From Chloroflexota bacterium (GTDB lineage: Bacteria > Chloroflexota > Limnocylindria > Limnocylindrales > CSP1-4): DNA of 64,000 bases. Both the position numbers and the translations under genes were made by a program. Positions within the stretch are counted from its first letter, which is position 1, and every line of letters begins with the position of its first letter. The DNA lies in assembly GCA_017853275.1 (NCBI GenBank), contig JAFMJV010000002.1, positions 36,888 to 100,887 of the forward strand, given 5' to 3'. This document shows positions 1 through 9,420 of this stretch, piece by piece. The notes under the pieces are model-generated. The model saw only the letters and a list, made by a program, of their open reading frames with translations. It was not told the origin of the DNA and ran no database searches.

Positions 1-504
1 CACCTCCACGAACCCCGCCGCGTGGTGGACCTCGCGGATCGCCTGGACGAGCCGGCCGCGCGCGAGGATCCGCCGCTGGAGCGGCTCCCGGCGCAGGTCG
101 AGGTAGCGGTAGTGGAGGCGGACCGCCTCGTCGATCTCGGCGTCCGGCTCGTTGATCACGAAGGGGGTCGTCCGGGCGCTGGAGAGGATCGCGATCGCCG
201 AGGCGCGCAGCTCGACCTCGCCGGTGGCGAGCTTCGCGTTCTCCGTCCCTGCAAGGCGGGTGGCGATCGTCCCCGTGACCCGCAGGACGAACTCGGAGCG
301 CACGCCCGAGGCGACCGCGTGCGCATCCGGGGCCTCCTGCGCGTCCACCACGACCTGGGTGATCCCGTAGCGGTCCCGCAGGTCGAGGAAGATCAGCTGG
401 CCGAGATCTCGCCGGCGGTGGACCCAGCCGGAGAGGGAGACGGTACGGCCGGCATCGGTGGTTCGCGCATCGGCGCAGGTGAGGTCGCGCAGCGAGGTCT
501 TCAT
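1..504 (-). CDS. aspS: Aspartate--tRNA ligase, N-terminal part (gene runs off the window start)
   Basis: The minus-strand translation from the ATG at about 502-504 reads MKTSLRDLTCADARTTDAGRTVSLSGWVHRRRDLGQLIFLDLRDRYGITQVV...LHYRYLDLRR. This matches the AspRS anticodon-binding N-terminus (compare E. coli [26 protein letters not shown] / LKYRYLDLRR). There is no in-window stop, so it is absent from the ORF track. Confidence 0.85.
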   Translation of the reverse strand, partial: MKTSLRDLTCADARTTDAGRTVSLSGWVHRRRDLGQLIFLDLRDRYGITQVVVDAQEAPDAHAVASGVRSEFVLRVTGTIATRLAGTENAKLATGEVELRASAIAILSSARTTPFVINEPDAEIDEAVRLHYRYLDLRREPLQRRILARGRLVQAIREVHHAAGFVEV

Positions 505-553
505 CGGCGGAATGGTAGGAGCCTGCGCGTTCCCGCGCACGGCGCCCCGCGGA

Positions 554-1660
554 TCAGGTCTCGGAGCCCGCGGACGCGTTCGCGCTCCCCTCCCCGAGGG
601 GGTCAGGGGCGTCCGGCCGGTGCGTCTCCCGGTAGCGGAACCGGCGCACCGCGGCGCGCGCCCGCTCCGCGATCCGGATGACCGCCGCCCCGGCCGGGGA
701 GACGGTCATCTCCCAGGCGCCGATGTACTCGGTCTCCACACCGCCGAAGCCGCTCTTGAACTGCTCGATCCCCGAGCGCGGCAGGCCCCACAGGTCGTAT
801 TCCGTGCACCCCGCGGCCCGCGCCGCCCGGATCGCCTCCCACTTCAGGAGGTAGTTCGCCCGGAGGGCACCGCCGTCGGCGGTCGTCCCACCGTAGAGGT
901 CGACCGCACGTCCCCCGCACCGGACGAGGAGAAGCGCTGCCACCGGTGCATCGGACTCCGGGCCGAAGGCGAGGAAGAGGCGCGCCATCCCGCGCGGCGC
1001 GAGGATCTCCCACATCGCGCGGAAGGTCCCCGCCGATCGCGGCGCGATCCCGGCCCGGCGCATCGCATCCGCGTGGACGGCGTAGAAGTCGTCGATCCGC
1101 TCGCCCCCGACCTCCGCGATCCGGACCCCGAGCCGCGCGGACTTCGTCACCGACTGGCGGCACTTCCGGTGCATCGCGCCGAGGATCGCCTCCTCATCCG
1201 GGCGGAGGTCGATGATCGAGCTCCGGTCGGGCTGGACCGGCTCCACGCGGCGCAAGCCGGCCGCGGCGAGGGACCCCGCGAGCGGGTCGCCGGCGAGCAG
1301 CTCCGGCTCGATCCGCACGAGCGCCAGACGCCGTTCCCGCGCCACGGCGCGGAGGCGGACGAGGAAGGCCGCCAGGAGCGCAGGGTCCAGGGGTCCATCC
1401 GGCGTCACGGGCCCGCGGGCGAGGTAGCCGATCCCCCACGGGCTCCCCGGGGGCCGGACGACGAGGACCTGTCCACCCGCCACCCGGCCCCCCGCGGCGG
1501 CGGCGACGCGGAGCGCGCGCCATCCGTTCGGGCGCTTGACCGCGGCCCAGGCGGCGGACTGGAGATGGGAAGGCGGGTTCCCGGCCGCAACGAAGGCGTC
1601 CCAGGCCGCGTCGTCCTGCTCCAGCCGCTCCGGGTCCGGCGCGGGCGCCGCCCCGGTCAT
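554..1660 (-). CDS. FemAB-family peptidoglycan interpeptide-bridge aminoacyltransferase (FemX-like), paralog 1
   Basis: This is an internal start in ORF 554..2266. ATG at 1660 overlaps the hisS stop as ATGA. The 368-aa product carries AAWDAFVAAGNPPSHLQSAAWAAVK near the N-terminus and RANYLLKWEAIRAA...YDLWG...GIEQFKSGFGG near the C-terminus. It is clearly paralogous to CDS 8347..9420. The FemAB fold call is from motif recall only. Confidence 0.65.
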   Translation of the reverse strand: MTGAAPAPDPERLEQDDAAWDAFVAAGNPPSHLQSAAWAAVKRPNGWRALRVAAAAGGRVAGGQVLVVRPPGSPWGIGYLARGPVTPDGPLDPALLAAFLVRLRAVARERRLALVRIEPELLAGDPLAGSLAAAGLRRVEPVQPDRSSIIDLRPDEEAILGAMHRKCRQSVTKSARLGVRIAEVGGERIDDFYAVHADAMRRAGIAPRSAGTFRAMWEILAPRGMARLFLAFGPESDAPVAALLLVRCGGRAVDLYGGTTADGGALRANYLLKWEAIRAARAAGCTEYDLWGLPRSGIEQFKSGFGGVETEYIGAWEMTVSPAGAAVIRIAERARAAVRRFRYRETHRPDAPDPLGEGSANASAGSET

Positions 1661-2961
1661 GCCTCGCCTGCGCCGTGCCGGTGCTGGGCGAGCGTGCGCT
1701 CGATCTCCCGGGCAAGGTCGGCGAGCTCGACCCGTCGCTGGGTCCCCGCCTCCAGGTCCTTCACCTGGACCTGGCCGGCGGCCATCTCGTCGCCGCAGAT
1801 GACGACGAGATGCGCCCCTTCCCGCGCGGCGGCCTCCAGCTGGCGTCCGAGCTTGCGCACCGCGAGGTCGGCGCGGGCGGTGATCCCCGCTGCCCGGAGC
1901 CGGGTCGCGATCGCGAGCCGGGTGACCGTGTCCTCCGGGTCGGCACCGGCCACGACGACCGGGACGCGCGGCGCGACCGGCTCGCTGCCGCCGGCGGCCG
2001 AGAGCGCGAGGGCCACCCGGTCGAGACCGATCCCGAAGCCGATCCCCGGCGTCGGCTTCCCGCCGAGGAGCTCCACGAGGCCGTCGTAGCGGCCGCCGCC
2101 ACCGAGCGCCTGCTGCTGGCCCTCCGCCCCGCTGCGGTAGAACTCGAAGGTGGTCCGGGTGTAGTAGTCCAGGCCGCGGACGAGCCGGGGATCGAGCCGC
2201 GGCGTCACCCCGAGGACCTCGAGGTGGCGGCGGACCGCCGCGAAATGCGTCGCGCACTCCGCGCACAGGTGGTCCGCGATCGTGGGCGCAGCAGCGATCA
2301 GCTCCGCCATCCGCTCGTCCTTGGAATCGAGGAGCCGGAGCGGGTTCGTGCCCAGCCGTTCGCGCTCCAGCTCGGGAAGCCGGTCCTCCCGCTCCATGAA
2401 CCAGGCGCGCAGGCGTTCCACGTAGGCGGGGCGGCAGGCCGCGTCCCCGATCGAGTTCAGGATGACCTCGACCCCATCCAGGCCCGCCTCGCGGTAGAAG
2501 CGGAGCCCGAGCTCCACGATCTCCGCGTCGATCGCCGGTCCCGCGTCGCCGATCGCCTCCACGTCGAACTGCCAGAACTGGCGGTAGCGCCCGGCCTGCG
2601 GGCGGTCGTAGCGGAACATCGGACCGGTGAGCGTGAGCCGGACCGGCTGGGGGAGCGTCTGCATCCCGTGCTGGACATAGGCGCGGACGATCCCTGCCGT
2701 CGGCTCCGGCCGGAGCGCCCAGCGCTCCCGCTCCTGGTCCCCGCGGCCCGCCTGGACCCGGAAGAGCTCCTTCTCCACGACATCCGTGACCGCACCCACG
2801 CCGCGCTCGAAGACCTCGCTCTGCTCGAAGAGCGGGGTCTCGATCGGGGAGAACCCGTAGCGGACCGCGAGCGAGCGGGCGATCCCCTCGAGGCGGAGGA
2901 AGACGGCCCGGTCGGCGGGCAGGAGGTCGCGGGTGCCCCGAGGGGCCTGGTACCTGGGCAT
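1657..2961 (-). CDS. hisS: Histidine--tRNA ligase
   Basis: Motifs MPRYQAPRGTRDLLP, FRYDRPQAGRYRQFWQFDVE, GGGGRYDGL and GFGIGLDR are classic class-II HisRS motifs. Start chosen at M14 of ORF 1657..3000. Confidence 0.9.
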   Translation of the reverse strand: MPRYQAPRGTRDLLPADRAVFLRLEGIARSLAVRYGFSPIETPLFEQSEVFERGVGAVTDVVEKELFRVQAGRGDQERERWALRPEPTAGIVRAYVQHGMQTLPQPVRLTLTGPMFRYDRPQAGRYRQFWQFDVEAIGDAGPAIDAEIVELGLRFYREAGLDGVEVILNSIGDAACRPAYVERLRAWFMEREDRLPELERERLGTNPLRLLDSKDERMAELIAAAPTIADHLCAECATHFAAVRRHLEVLGVTPRLDPRLVRGLDYYTRTTFEFYRSGAEGQQQALGGGGRYDGLVELLGGKPTPGIGFGIGLDRVALALSAAGGSEPVAPRVPVVVAGADPEDTVTRLAIATRLRAAGITARADLAVRKLGRQLEAAAREGAHLVVICGDEMAAGQVQVKDLEAGTQRRVELADLAREIERTLAQHRHGAGEA

Positions 2962-3045
2962 GGCGCGCAGTCTATCCGACCGCTCCGGCCCACCCGCCAC
3001 CGCCGGCGTCCCGCGGCACGCCGCGGCCCCCGGGCCGCGCGGTCG

Positions 3046-5274
3046 TCAGCCCACGTCCCGCTGGACGGAGAGGACGTCGTGGAGCTGCTCGAGGCGGGAC
3101 ATCACGCGCGCGAGCTGGGCGACGGAGGTGACCTGCAGGGTGACCTCGATCGTGGCGCGCTGGTCGGAGTGGACGGTGACGTGGGCGGCGAGGATGCTGA
3201 TCCGGCTATCTGCCACCACGTTGCTGATATCCGCGAGCAGCCCGGTCCGGTCGAACGCTTCCAGGCGGATCGCGATCGGATAGGTCTGCTGGACGGCGCT
3301 CTCCCACTCCACCTCGATGAGCCGGGCGCGGTCCTTCTCGTTGACCACCGTCGCGCAGGTGGAGAGGTGGACGGTGACGCCGCGACCCCGCGAGATGTAG
3401 CCCGCGATCGCGTCGCCGGGGATCGGGTGACAGCAGCGCGCGAACCGGACGAGCAGGTCGCCGACGCCCTTGACCCGGATCCCGCCCGTCTCGGCCGCCG
3501 GTGGCGGCGCCACCTGGGGAAGGACGGTCCCCGCGGAATCGACGGAGACGCCGAGCTTCGTGACCACGGACTGGGCGCTCACCGCGCCGTAGCCGATGGC
3601 CGCGAAGAAATCGTCCAGCGACGCGTAATGCGCGTGCTCGGCCTGCTCCTCGAGGAGGCCATGAGGGAGCTTCTCGATCGAGGTCCGGGCGAGGCGGTGG
3701 AGCTCCCGGTCGAGCGCTTCGCGGCCGTGGACGATGTTCTCGTCCCGCTGCTGGCGCTTGAACCAGGAGCGGATCTTCTCCTTGGCCTGGCTCGTGGTGA
3801 CGAGGTTCAGCCAGTCACGGGACGGTCCGTGGGCCGCCTTCGTGGTCACGATCTCCACGATGTCGCCGTTCTTCAGCCGGTAGTCGAGCGGGACGAGCCG
3901 GTGGTTCACCTTGGCGCCGATGCAGGCGTGACCGATATCCGTGTGGATCCGGTAGGCGAAGTCGAGCGGCGTCGATCCCGCGGGGAGGTCCTTGACGTCC
4001 CCCTTGGGCGTGAAGACGAAGACCTGATCCTGGAAGATGTCCAGCTTCACGCCTTCGACGAACTCGGTGGCGTCCGCGACATCGCGCTGCCAGTCCATCA
4101 GCTGCCGCAGCCAGGCGAGCTTCGCGTCATAGGCGCGGTCCGCGCGCGAGCCTTCCTTGTAGCGCCAGTGCGCGGCGATCCCCATCTCCGAGACGCGATG
4201 CATCTCGTGGGTCCGGATCTGGACCTCGAGCGGCTTCCCGTCCAGGGCGATGACCGCGGTGTGGAGGCTCTGGTAGCCGTTGTTCTTGGGGACCGCGATG
4301 TAGTCGTCGAACTGCCCGGGGATCGGACGCCAGAGCGCGTGCACCACGCCGAGCGCCGCGTAGCACTCCCGGACGTCATCCACGAGGACGCGGATCGCGT
4401 GGAGGTCGTAGATCTCCGCGAGCTGCGCGTTCTTGCGCTGCATCTTCCGGTGGATGCTGTGGATGTGCTTGGGCCGGCCGGAGATGTCCGGCTCGATCCC
4501 CGCTTCCGTGAGCGCATCCCGGAGGACCTTCATCGCCCGCCGGACATAGGCCTCCCGGGAGCGCCGCCGGCTCTCCAGCTGGGTGGCGAGGTTCCGGTAG
4601 GCCTCCGGCTCGAGCGCCTTGAAGGCGAGGTCCTCGAGCTCCCACTTGATCTGCCAGATCCCGAGCCGCTCCGCGAGCGGGGCGTAGATCTCGGCCGTCT
4701 GACGGGCGATCCGCTGCTGCTTCGCGGGGGGCAGGACCCCGAGGGTACGCATGTTGTGGAGCCGGTCGGCGAGCTTGATGAGGACGACCCGGATGTCCTC
4801 GGCCATGGCCAGGAACATCTTCCGGATGTTCTCCGCCTGCTGCTCCTCGTGGCTTCGGGCGCTGAACTTGGAGAGCTTCGTCACGCCATCCACGAGGAGC
4901 GCCACCTCGCTCCCGAACGCCTCCTCGATCTCGTGGATCGAGCGGTCCGTGTCCTCGGGGATGTCGTGGAGGATCGCGGCCTGGATGGCGACCGGGTCGA
5001 GCCCCAGCTCGGCGAGGATCTGGGCGACCGCGAGCGGGTGGGTGATGTACGGCTCCCCGCTCACCCGCCGTTGGTCACCGTGCGCGGCCAGGGCATAGCG
5101 GTAGGCCCGCTCCACGTCCGCAAGGTCGGACTGCGGGTAGCGCTGATGGAGCTCCGCCTCCAGGCGCCGCTCGGCGGCATCGAGCGCGGCCGGCGAGAGC
5201 GCGGCGGCGGCGGGTCCCCCCGCACCGGCGGAGGGCTGCTCGAGGAGTTCGGCGGCGGCCTCGCTGCTGGACAT
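3046..5274 (-). CDS. rel: Bifunctional (p)ppGpp synthetase/hydrolase Rel (RelA/SpoT homolog)
   Basis: HD hydrolase motifs YITHPLAVAQILAELGLD and ILHDIPEDT are present. The synthetase region reads IHSIHRKMQRK...LHAIRVLVDDVRECY...YQSLHTAVIALDGKPLEVQIRTHEMH. TGS and ACT-like C-terminal regions follow. Start at MSSSE, residue 207 of ORF 3046..5892. Confidence 0.9.
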   Translation of the reverse strand: MSSSEAAAELLEQPSAGAGGPAAAALSPAALDAAERRLEAELHQRYPQSDLADVERAYRYALAAHGDQRRVSGEPYITHPLAVAQILAELGLDPVAIQAAILHDIPEDTDRSIHEIEEAFGSEVALLVDGVTKLSKFSARSHEEQQAENIRKMFLAMAEDIRVVLIKLADRLHNMRTLGVLPPAKQQRIARQTAEIYAPLAERLGIWQIKWELEDLAFKALEPEAYRNLATQLESRRRSREAYVRRAMKVLRDALTEAGIEPDISGRPKHIHSIHRKMQRKNAQLAEIYDLHAIRVLVDDVRECYAALGVVHALWRPIPGQFDDYIAVPKNNGYQSLHTAVIALDGKPLEVQIRTHEMHRVSEMGIAAHWRYKEGSRADRAYDAKLAWLRQLMDWQRDVADATEFVEGVKLDIFQDQVFVFTPKGDVKDLPAGSTPLDFAYRIHTDIGHACIGAKVNHRLVPLDYRLKNGDIVEIVTTKAAHGPSRDWLNLVTTSQAKEKIRSWFKRQQRDENIVHGREALDRELHRLARTSIEKLPHGLLEEQAEHAHYASLDDFFAAIGYGAVSAQSVVTKLGVSVDSAGTVLPQVAPPPAAETGGIRVKGVGDLLVRFARCCHPIPGDAIAGYISRGRGVTVHLSTCATVVNEKDRARLIEVEWESAVQQTYPIAIRLEAFDRTGLLADISNVVADSRISILAAHVTVHSDQRATIEVTLQVTSVAQLARVMSRLEQLHDVLSVQRDVG

Positions 5275-5284
5275 CGCGGGGAGA

Positions 5285-6781
5285 GTGTACCGTCTGGGCT
5301 GCGTGCGACCTGCCTCCCCTCCCCGTCCCCAGCACCGCGCCCGGAGCGGGCTCGCGCTCGCCCTCGTCCTTGCCCTCACGGCGACCGGCTGTGCCGCGCC
5401 CGCACCCGGGACGCCCGTTCCGCCCTCCGTGCCGGCGGCCGCCGCGCTCCCGTCGCCGGTGGCGCTCGCCTCTCCGGTCACGGAGCCTCCCCGGGTCTCC
5501 GCCACGCCGCCCCCACGGGCCGCGGACGCCCGGATGCCCGTCTCGATGGACGGGCCCCTCGGCCCGGCTGCCCCCGCGCCCCGTGCCCCCGTCCTCGCGC
5601 TCCCCGCCGCGGCCACCGAGCCCCCGGCGGATCCCGCAGCGAGCCCCGTCCCGGGATCCGGTCTCGCCGCCACACCGCGCCCGGACGGCATCGACCCGGG
5701 GCTCGCCGAGATGCTGGAGAAGCTCGTGGAGCGGAGCCCGGAACGGATCCCGGCGCCCGGTCTCGCGGTCGCCGTCCGGTTCCCGGACGGCCGGATCTGG
5801 TCCGGTGCCGCCGGCTCGCGCCGCCTCTCGCCGGAGCGCCCGATGGAGCCCGGGACCGTCTTCGCGATCGCGAGCATCACGAAGACCTTCATCGCCGCGC
5901 GCGTCCTCCAGCTCGTCGAGGAAGGGCGGATCGAGCTCGACGAGCGCGTGGGGCGCTACCTGCCCGGCATGCCCGCCGAACGCTCCGTCACCGTTCGCCA
6001 GCTCCTTGCCCATCGCAGCGGCATCGCGGACTACTTCGTCTCGGACGGCTACCTCGAGAGCGTCTTCGACGATCGGGACCGGACCTGGACCCCGGACGAG
6101 ATCCTCGCCTGGGTCGGCGACCCCGTCTGCGAGCCCGATGCCTGCTTCCACTACAGCAACTCGAACTTCGTCATCCTCGGGCTGCTCATCGAGGAGGTGA
6201 CGGGTCGGCCGCTCGCCCGGGAGATCCGCCAGTCGCTCCTCGAGCCCGCCGGGCTGGACGGGATCATCTTCCAGCCGGACGACCCCACCCCCCGGGACGC
6301 CGCCCACGGGCATCTCTGGGCGGGCGGGCGCAGCTTCTACGACCAGAGCGGGAACGGACCGGTCGTCCCCCACCGCTCCGCGGTCACCGCTGCCTGGGCG
6401 GCGGGCGCGATGGCCGCCTCCGCCCCGGACCTCGCGCGCTGGGCCGCTCTCCTCTACGGCGGCGACCTTCTCGGCGCGGGATCGCGGGCGGCGATGACCG
6501 ATGCCCGTGACGGCGATGGCTACGGTCTCGGCACGCGCGTCGACCGCTTCGCCGATCGCCGGGCGGTGGGCCACCTCGGCGGGATCCGCGGGTTCGTCCT
6601 CGCGATGTGGTACTTCCCGGAGAGCGGGATCTCGATCGTCGTGCTCGTGAACCGCGGGATCGCCTCCACGGAGCCCACCGTCAAGCTGGTCGCCAAGGCG
6701 GTCTTCGAGCGCTGGGGCTACACCGGCGGCACAGAGGACCCGTCCCCGACCGCCTCGCCCGCTCCCTCCCCGGCTTCCTGA
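5285..6781 (+). CDS. Secreted/lipoprotein serine hydrolase of the beta-lactamase / low-MW PBP family
   Basis: The N-terminus has a signal peptide with a lipobox-like LTATGC. The active-site SxxK reads FAIASITKTF, followed by RQLLAHRSGIADY. The start is uncertain because it lies only about 10 nt from the divergent rel start. Confidence 0.6.
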   Translation: MYRLGCVRPASPPRPQHRARSGLALALVLALTATGCAAPAPGTPVPPSVPAAAALPSPVALASPVTEPPRVSATPPPRAADARMPVSMDGPLGPAAPAPRAPVLALPAAATEPPADPAASPVPGSGLAATPRPDGIDPGLAEMLEKLVERSPERIPAPGLAVAVRFPDGRIWSGAAGSRRLSPERPMEPGTVFAIASITKTFIAARVLQLVEEGRIELDERVGRYLPGMPAERSVTVRQLLAHRSGIADYFVSDGYLESVFDDRDRTWTPDEILAWVGDPVCEPDACFHYSNSNFVILGLLIEEVTGRPLAREIRQSLLEPAGLDGIIFQPDDPTPRDAAHGHLWAGGRSFYDQSGNGPVVPHRSAVTAAWAAGAMAASAPDLARWAALLYGGDLLGAGSRAAMTDARDGDGYGLGTRVDRFADRRAVGHLGGIRGFVLAMWYFPESGISIVVLVNRGIASTEPTVKLVAKAVFERWGYTGGTEDPSPTASPAPSPAS

Positions 6782-6790
6782 CGGAGGGTC

Positions 6791-8350
6791 TCAGCGCGCC
6801 GGGCCGGCACCCCACCCGAGCGCCGCGAGCTCCTCGCGCGCGACGGCCGCCTCGTCCCACGGGATCCGCTCCCCCGCCACCTCGATCGACCGCTCGTGCC
6901 CCTTGCCGGCCAGCAGGACGATCTCTCCCGGCCGGGCGATCCGGAAGGCGGTCGCGATCGCCTGGCGCCGGTCGGGCACCAGGTGGAGGCCATCGCCGCG
7001 CCGCATCCCCGCGCTCTCCGCGCCCGCCGCGATCTCGGCGAGGATCGCCTCCGGATCCTCGCTCCGCGCGTCCTCGTCCGTGAGCACGACGGCCCGGCAG
7101 CGTCGCGCCGCCACGGCCCCCATCACCGGCCGCTTCGTCCGGTCGCGGTCCCCGGCCGATCCGAAGCAGGCGATCAGCGCGCCGCCGTTCGCCGCCGCCT
7201 CCGCCGCGAGCCCGTCCAGGACGGTCGCGAGCGACTCGGCGGTGTGCGCGTAATCCACGATCACTCCGAACGGTTGTCCGGCATCGATCCGCTCCATCCG
7301 CCCGGGGACGGCCCGGAGCCCCGCGATCCCGCGCCGGATCGCGCCCGGATCGAGCGCGAGCGCCTCGCCCGCGGAGATCGCGGCGAGCGCGTTCCAGACG
7401 TTGAAGCGGCCCGCCAGCCGGATCTCCACCTCGTCCTCCCAGCGGGGGGTCCGGACCCGCACACGCATCCCCCCGGGAAGGTCGCGGATGGCGAGCGCGA
7501 CGACCTCGCAGCCCGGGTCCGAGCCGTAGCCGATGACCCGGGCCCCGGCCGCCGAGGCCGCGGCGGCGAGCTCATCCGCTGCCCCGTCGTCGCGGTTGAC
7601 GATCGCGTGCCGACCCCATCGCTTCGTCGTCGGGAGGCCGGCGGCCCCGGGCCACTCGAAGAGCCGCCGCTTCGCTGCCCGGTAGGCGGCGAGCGTGCCG
7701 TGGAACTCGAGGTGCTCCGAGGTGATGTTCGTGTGGATGACCACATCCCAGGGGATCGCCCCGCAGCGGTCCTGGGCCAGCCCGTGCGAGGTCGCCTCGA
7801 TGACCGCCCATCGATCACCCCCCGCGAGCATCGCCGCGAGGTGCTCCTGGAGCTCCGGCGCCTCCGGGGTCGTCGTCCGCGCCGCGTTGCCCGCGCTCCG
7901 GCCACCCGCGATGACATCGATCGTGCCGATCAGGCCCGTCGGCTCACCGGCCGCCTCGAGGACCGAGCGGGTCAGCCACGCGGTCGTCGTCTTGCCGTCC
8001 GTCCCGGTGATCCCCACGACCCCGAGCTGCGTCGCGGGATCCCCGGCCGCCCAGGCCGCCGCAACGGCGAGGGCAGGACGGGCGGCGGTGACGACGACCT
8101 GGGGGAGCGCGATCGCGGGGAGCGGTCGTTCCACGAGCAGCGCGACGGCACCATGCGCGGCGGCCTCCGCGGCGTGATCGTGCCCGTCCGCGTGCTGTCC
8201 GGGCACGGCGGCGAAGAGGACGCCGGGCTCGACGCGCCGGGAATCCATGACGACGCGGCCGATCGGGAGAGTGCCCTGCAGCTCCGGGCGCGCGGCGAGG
8301 AGGCCGAGCGCGTCCAGGCGCGCGATGAGCTCCGCGAGCGGCCGGCTCAC
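6791..8350 (-). CDS. murE: Mur ligase, MurE-type (UDP-MurNAc-L-Ala-D-Glu:diamino-acid ligase)
   Basis: Motifs are DSRRVEPGVLFAAVPG, VGITGTDGKTTT (P-loop), HTNITSEHLEFHGT and GDRDRTKRPVMG. The position of the E. coli DNPR motif reads DEDAR here. GTG start at 8350 overlaps the upstream femX-like stop as GTGA. Confidence 0.8.
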   Translation of the reverse strand: MSRPLAELIARLDALGLLAARPELQGTLPIGRVVMDSRRVEPGVLFAAVPGQHADGHDHAAEAAAHGAVALLVERPLPAIALPQVVVTAARPALAVAAAWAAGDPATQLGVVGITGTDGKTTTAWLTRSVLEAAGEPTGLIGTIDVIAGGRSAGNAARTTTPEAPELQEHLAAMLAGGDRWAVIEATSHGLAQDRCGAIPWDVVIHTNITSEHLEFHGTLAAYRAAKRRLFEWPGAAGLPTTKRWGRHAIVNRDDGAADELAAAASAAGARVIGYGSDPGCEVVALAIRDLPGGMRVRVRTPRWEDEVEIRLAGRFNVWNALAAISAGEALALDPGAIRRGIAGLRAVPGRMERIDAGQPFGVIVDYAHTAESLATVLDGLAAEAAANGGALIACFGSAGDRDRTKRPVMGAVAARRCRAVVLTDEDARSEDPEAILAEIAAGAESAGMRRGDGLHLVPDRRQAIATAFRIARPGEIVLLAGKGHERSIEVAGERIPWDEAAVAREELAALGWGAGPAR

Positions 8351-9420
8351 GACTGCCCCTCGCGCGCCTCGGCGTCCGTTCCCGGCCCGGCGGCCGTGCG
8401 GCCGGACGTGCGTCCCCGCTCCAGGCGGCGCCGGGCAAGCGCGACCCAGGTGCGGCGTCCCGCGACGAGGATCTCCCGGGCGACCGGGAGGGTGACGAGG
8501 TCGTACGCCCCGACGTAGCGCAGCTCCTCGCCCCCGAACCCCTCCTTGAACTGCTCGATGCCCGGATGGGCGATCCCCCACATGTCGTAGCGATCCGCTC
8601 CCTCCGCGATCGCGCGCCGGATCGATTCCCACTTCAGGAGGTAGTTCGCGCGGCTCGCCGCGCCGGCCTCCGTCATCCCGCCGTAGGGCTCGGCCATCCG
8701 CCCCCCGCAGCGGATGAGGAAGAGGGCGGCCACCGGCTCACCCCCGGGCAGGCGCGCGATGAGCAGACGCGCGGCCCCCCGGCGCGCGAAGACGTCCCAG
8801 GTGGCCCGGTACGCCGAGGCATCACGGGCGAAGAACCCGGTCCGGCGCGCGGTGTCGGTGAGGATCGCATGGAAGGTGCCGAGGTCATCCCGGCTCCCCT
8901 CCGTCACGACGACCCCGCTCCGCTCGGCCTTCCCGACGTACTGCCGCCACTTGGAGCGCAGGCCGCCCCAGACCTCCGCCTCCCCTCCCCCGAGGGCGAC
9001 GATCCGGCTCCGGTCGTGCTGGACGAGGTCCGTGGACCGCCAGCCCGCCTCCCGGAGGAGCGTGTCGATCGCCGGATCGCTCTCCCCGGGGTCGATCGTC
9101 ACGTGGGTCAGGCGCAGGGCCCGGGCGCGGGTACGGAGCGCGGCGGTGAGCGCGGCGACGGAGACGGGATCCCAGCGGGTCATGACCGGACCGCGCGGCG
9201 CGTATCCCACCGAGAAGGGCCCGGGACCGAGCCGCCGGACGAGGAGCTGGAGCCCCGCCGGGCCGCTCCCGGCATCCACGACGATCCGCTCCGCGCGCCA
9301 GCCGTTGGCCGCCTTCACCTCCGCCCATCCCGTCTGCTGAAGGTGGAAGGAGGGTGGCGTCGACGCGACCCAGGCGTCCCATGCGGCGTCGTCCGTCTGC
9401 AGCCGGGCGGCGTCGCTCAT
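8347..9420 (-). CDS. FemAB-family peptidoglycan interpeptide-bridge aminoacyltransferase (FemX-like), paralog 2
   Basis: 357 aa. Motifs DAAWDAWVASTPPSFHLQQTGWAEVKAANGWRA and RANYLLKWESIRRAIAEGADRYDMWG...GIEQFKEGFGG align with CDS 554..1660. Its ATG overlaps the xerC stop (ATGA) and its stop overlaps the murE GTG (GTGA). Confidence 0.65.
   Translation of the reverse strand: MSDAARLQTDDAAWDAWVASTPPSFHLQQTGWAEVKAANGWRAERIVVDAGSGPAGLQLLVRRLGPGPFSVGYAPRGPVMTRWDPVSVAALTAALRTRARALRLTHVTIDPGESDPAIDTLLREAGWRSTDLVQHDRSRIVALGGGEAEVWGGLRSKWRQYVGKAERSGVVVTEGSRDDLGTFHAILTDTARRTGFFARDASAYRATWDVFARRGAARLLIARLPGGEPVAALFLIRCGGRMAEPYGGMTEAGAASRANYLLKWESIRRAIAEGADRYDMWGIAHPGIEQFKEGFGGEELRYVGAYDLVTLPVAREILVAGRRTWVALARRRLERGRTSGRTAAGPGTDAEAREGQS

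Noticed and set aside
3005-3035. Intrinsic terminator between rel and hisS
   Set aside because: A short GC hairpin (cgcggc-acg-gccgcg) is present but there is no U-tract. It is too weak to call, and such hairpins occur by chance in this composition.
1675-6510. 1611-aa plus-strand ORF and similar giant ORFs (47094..51494 minus, 38886..41786 plus, 10190..12919 plus, 36530..38509 plus, 54164..55648 plus)
   Set aside because: They run antisense to, or out of frame with, well-supported genes (hisS, rel, serA and others). They are Arg/Pro/Gly-rich low-complexity translations, typical stop-codon-poor artefacts of 74% GC DNA. Only the last 148 codons of 47094..51494 are a real gene, the DUF4446-like CDS.
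6607-7083. Pro/Arg-rich 158-aa plus-strand ORF and many 60-120-aa Arg-rich ORFs throughout the track
   Set aside because: They are antisense to murE and other genes, with low-complexity composition and no RBS. They are GC-driven spurious ORFs.
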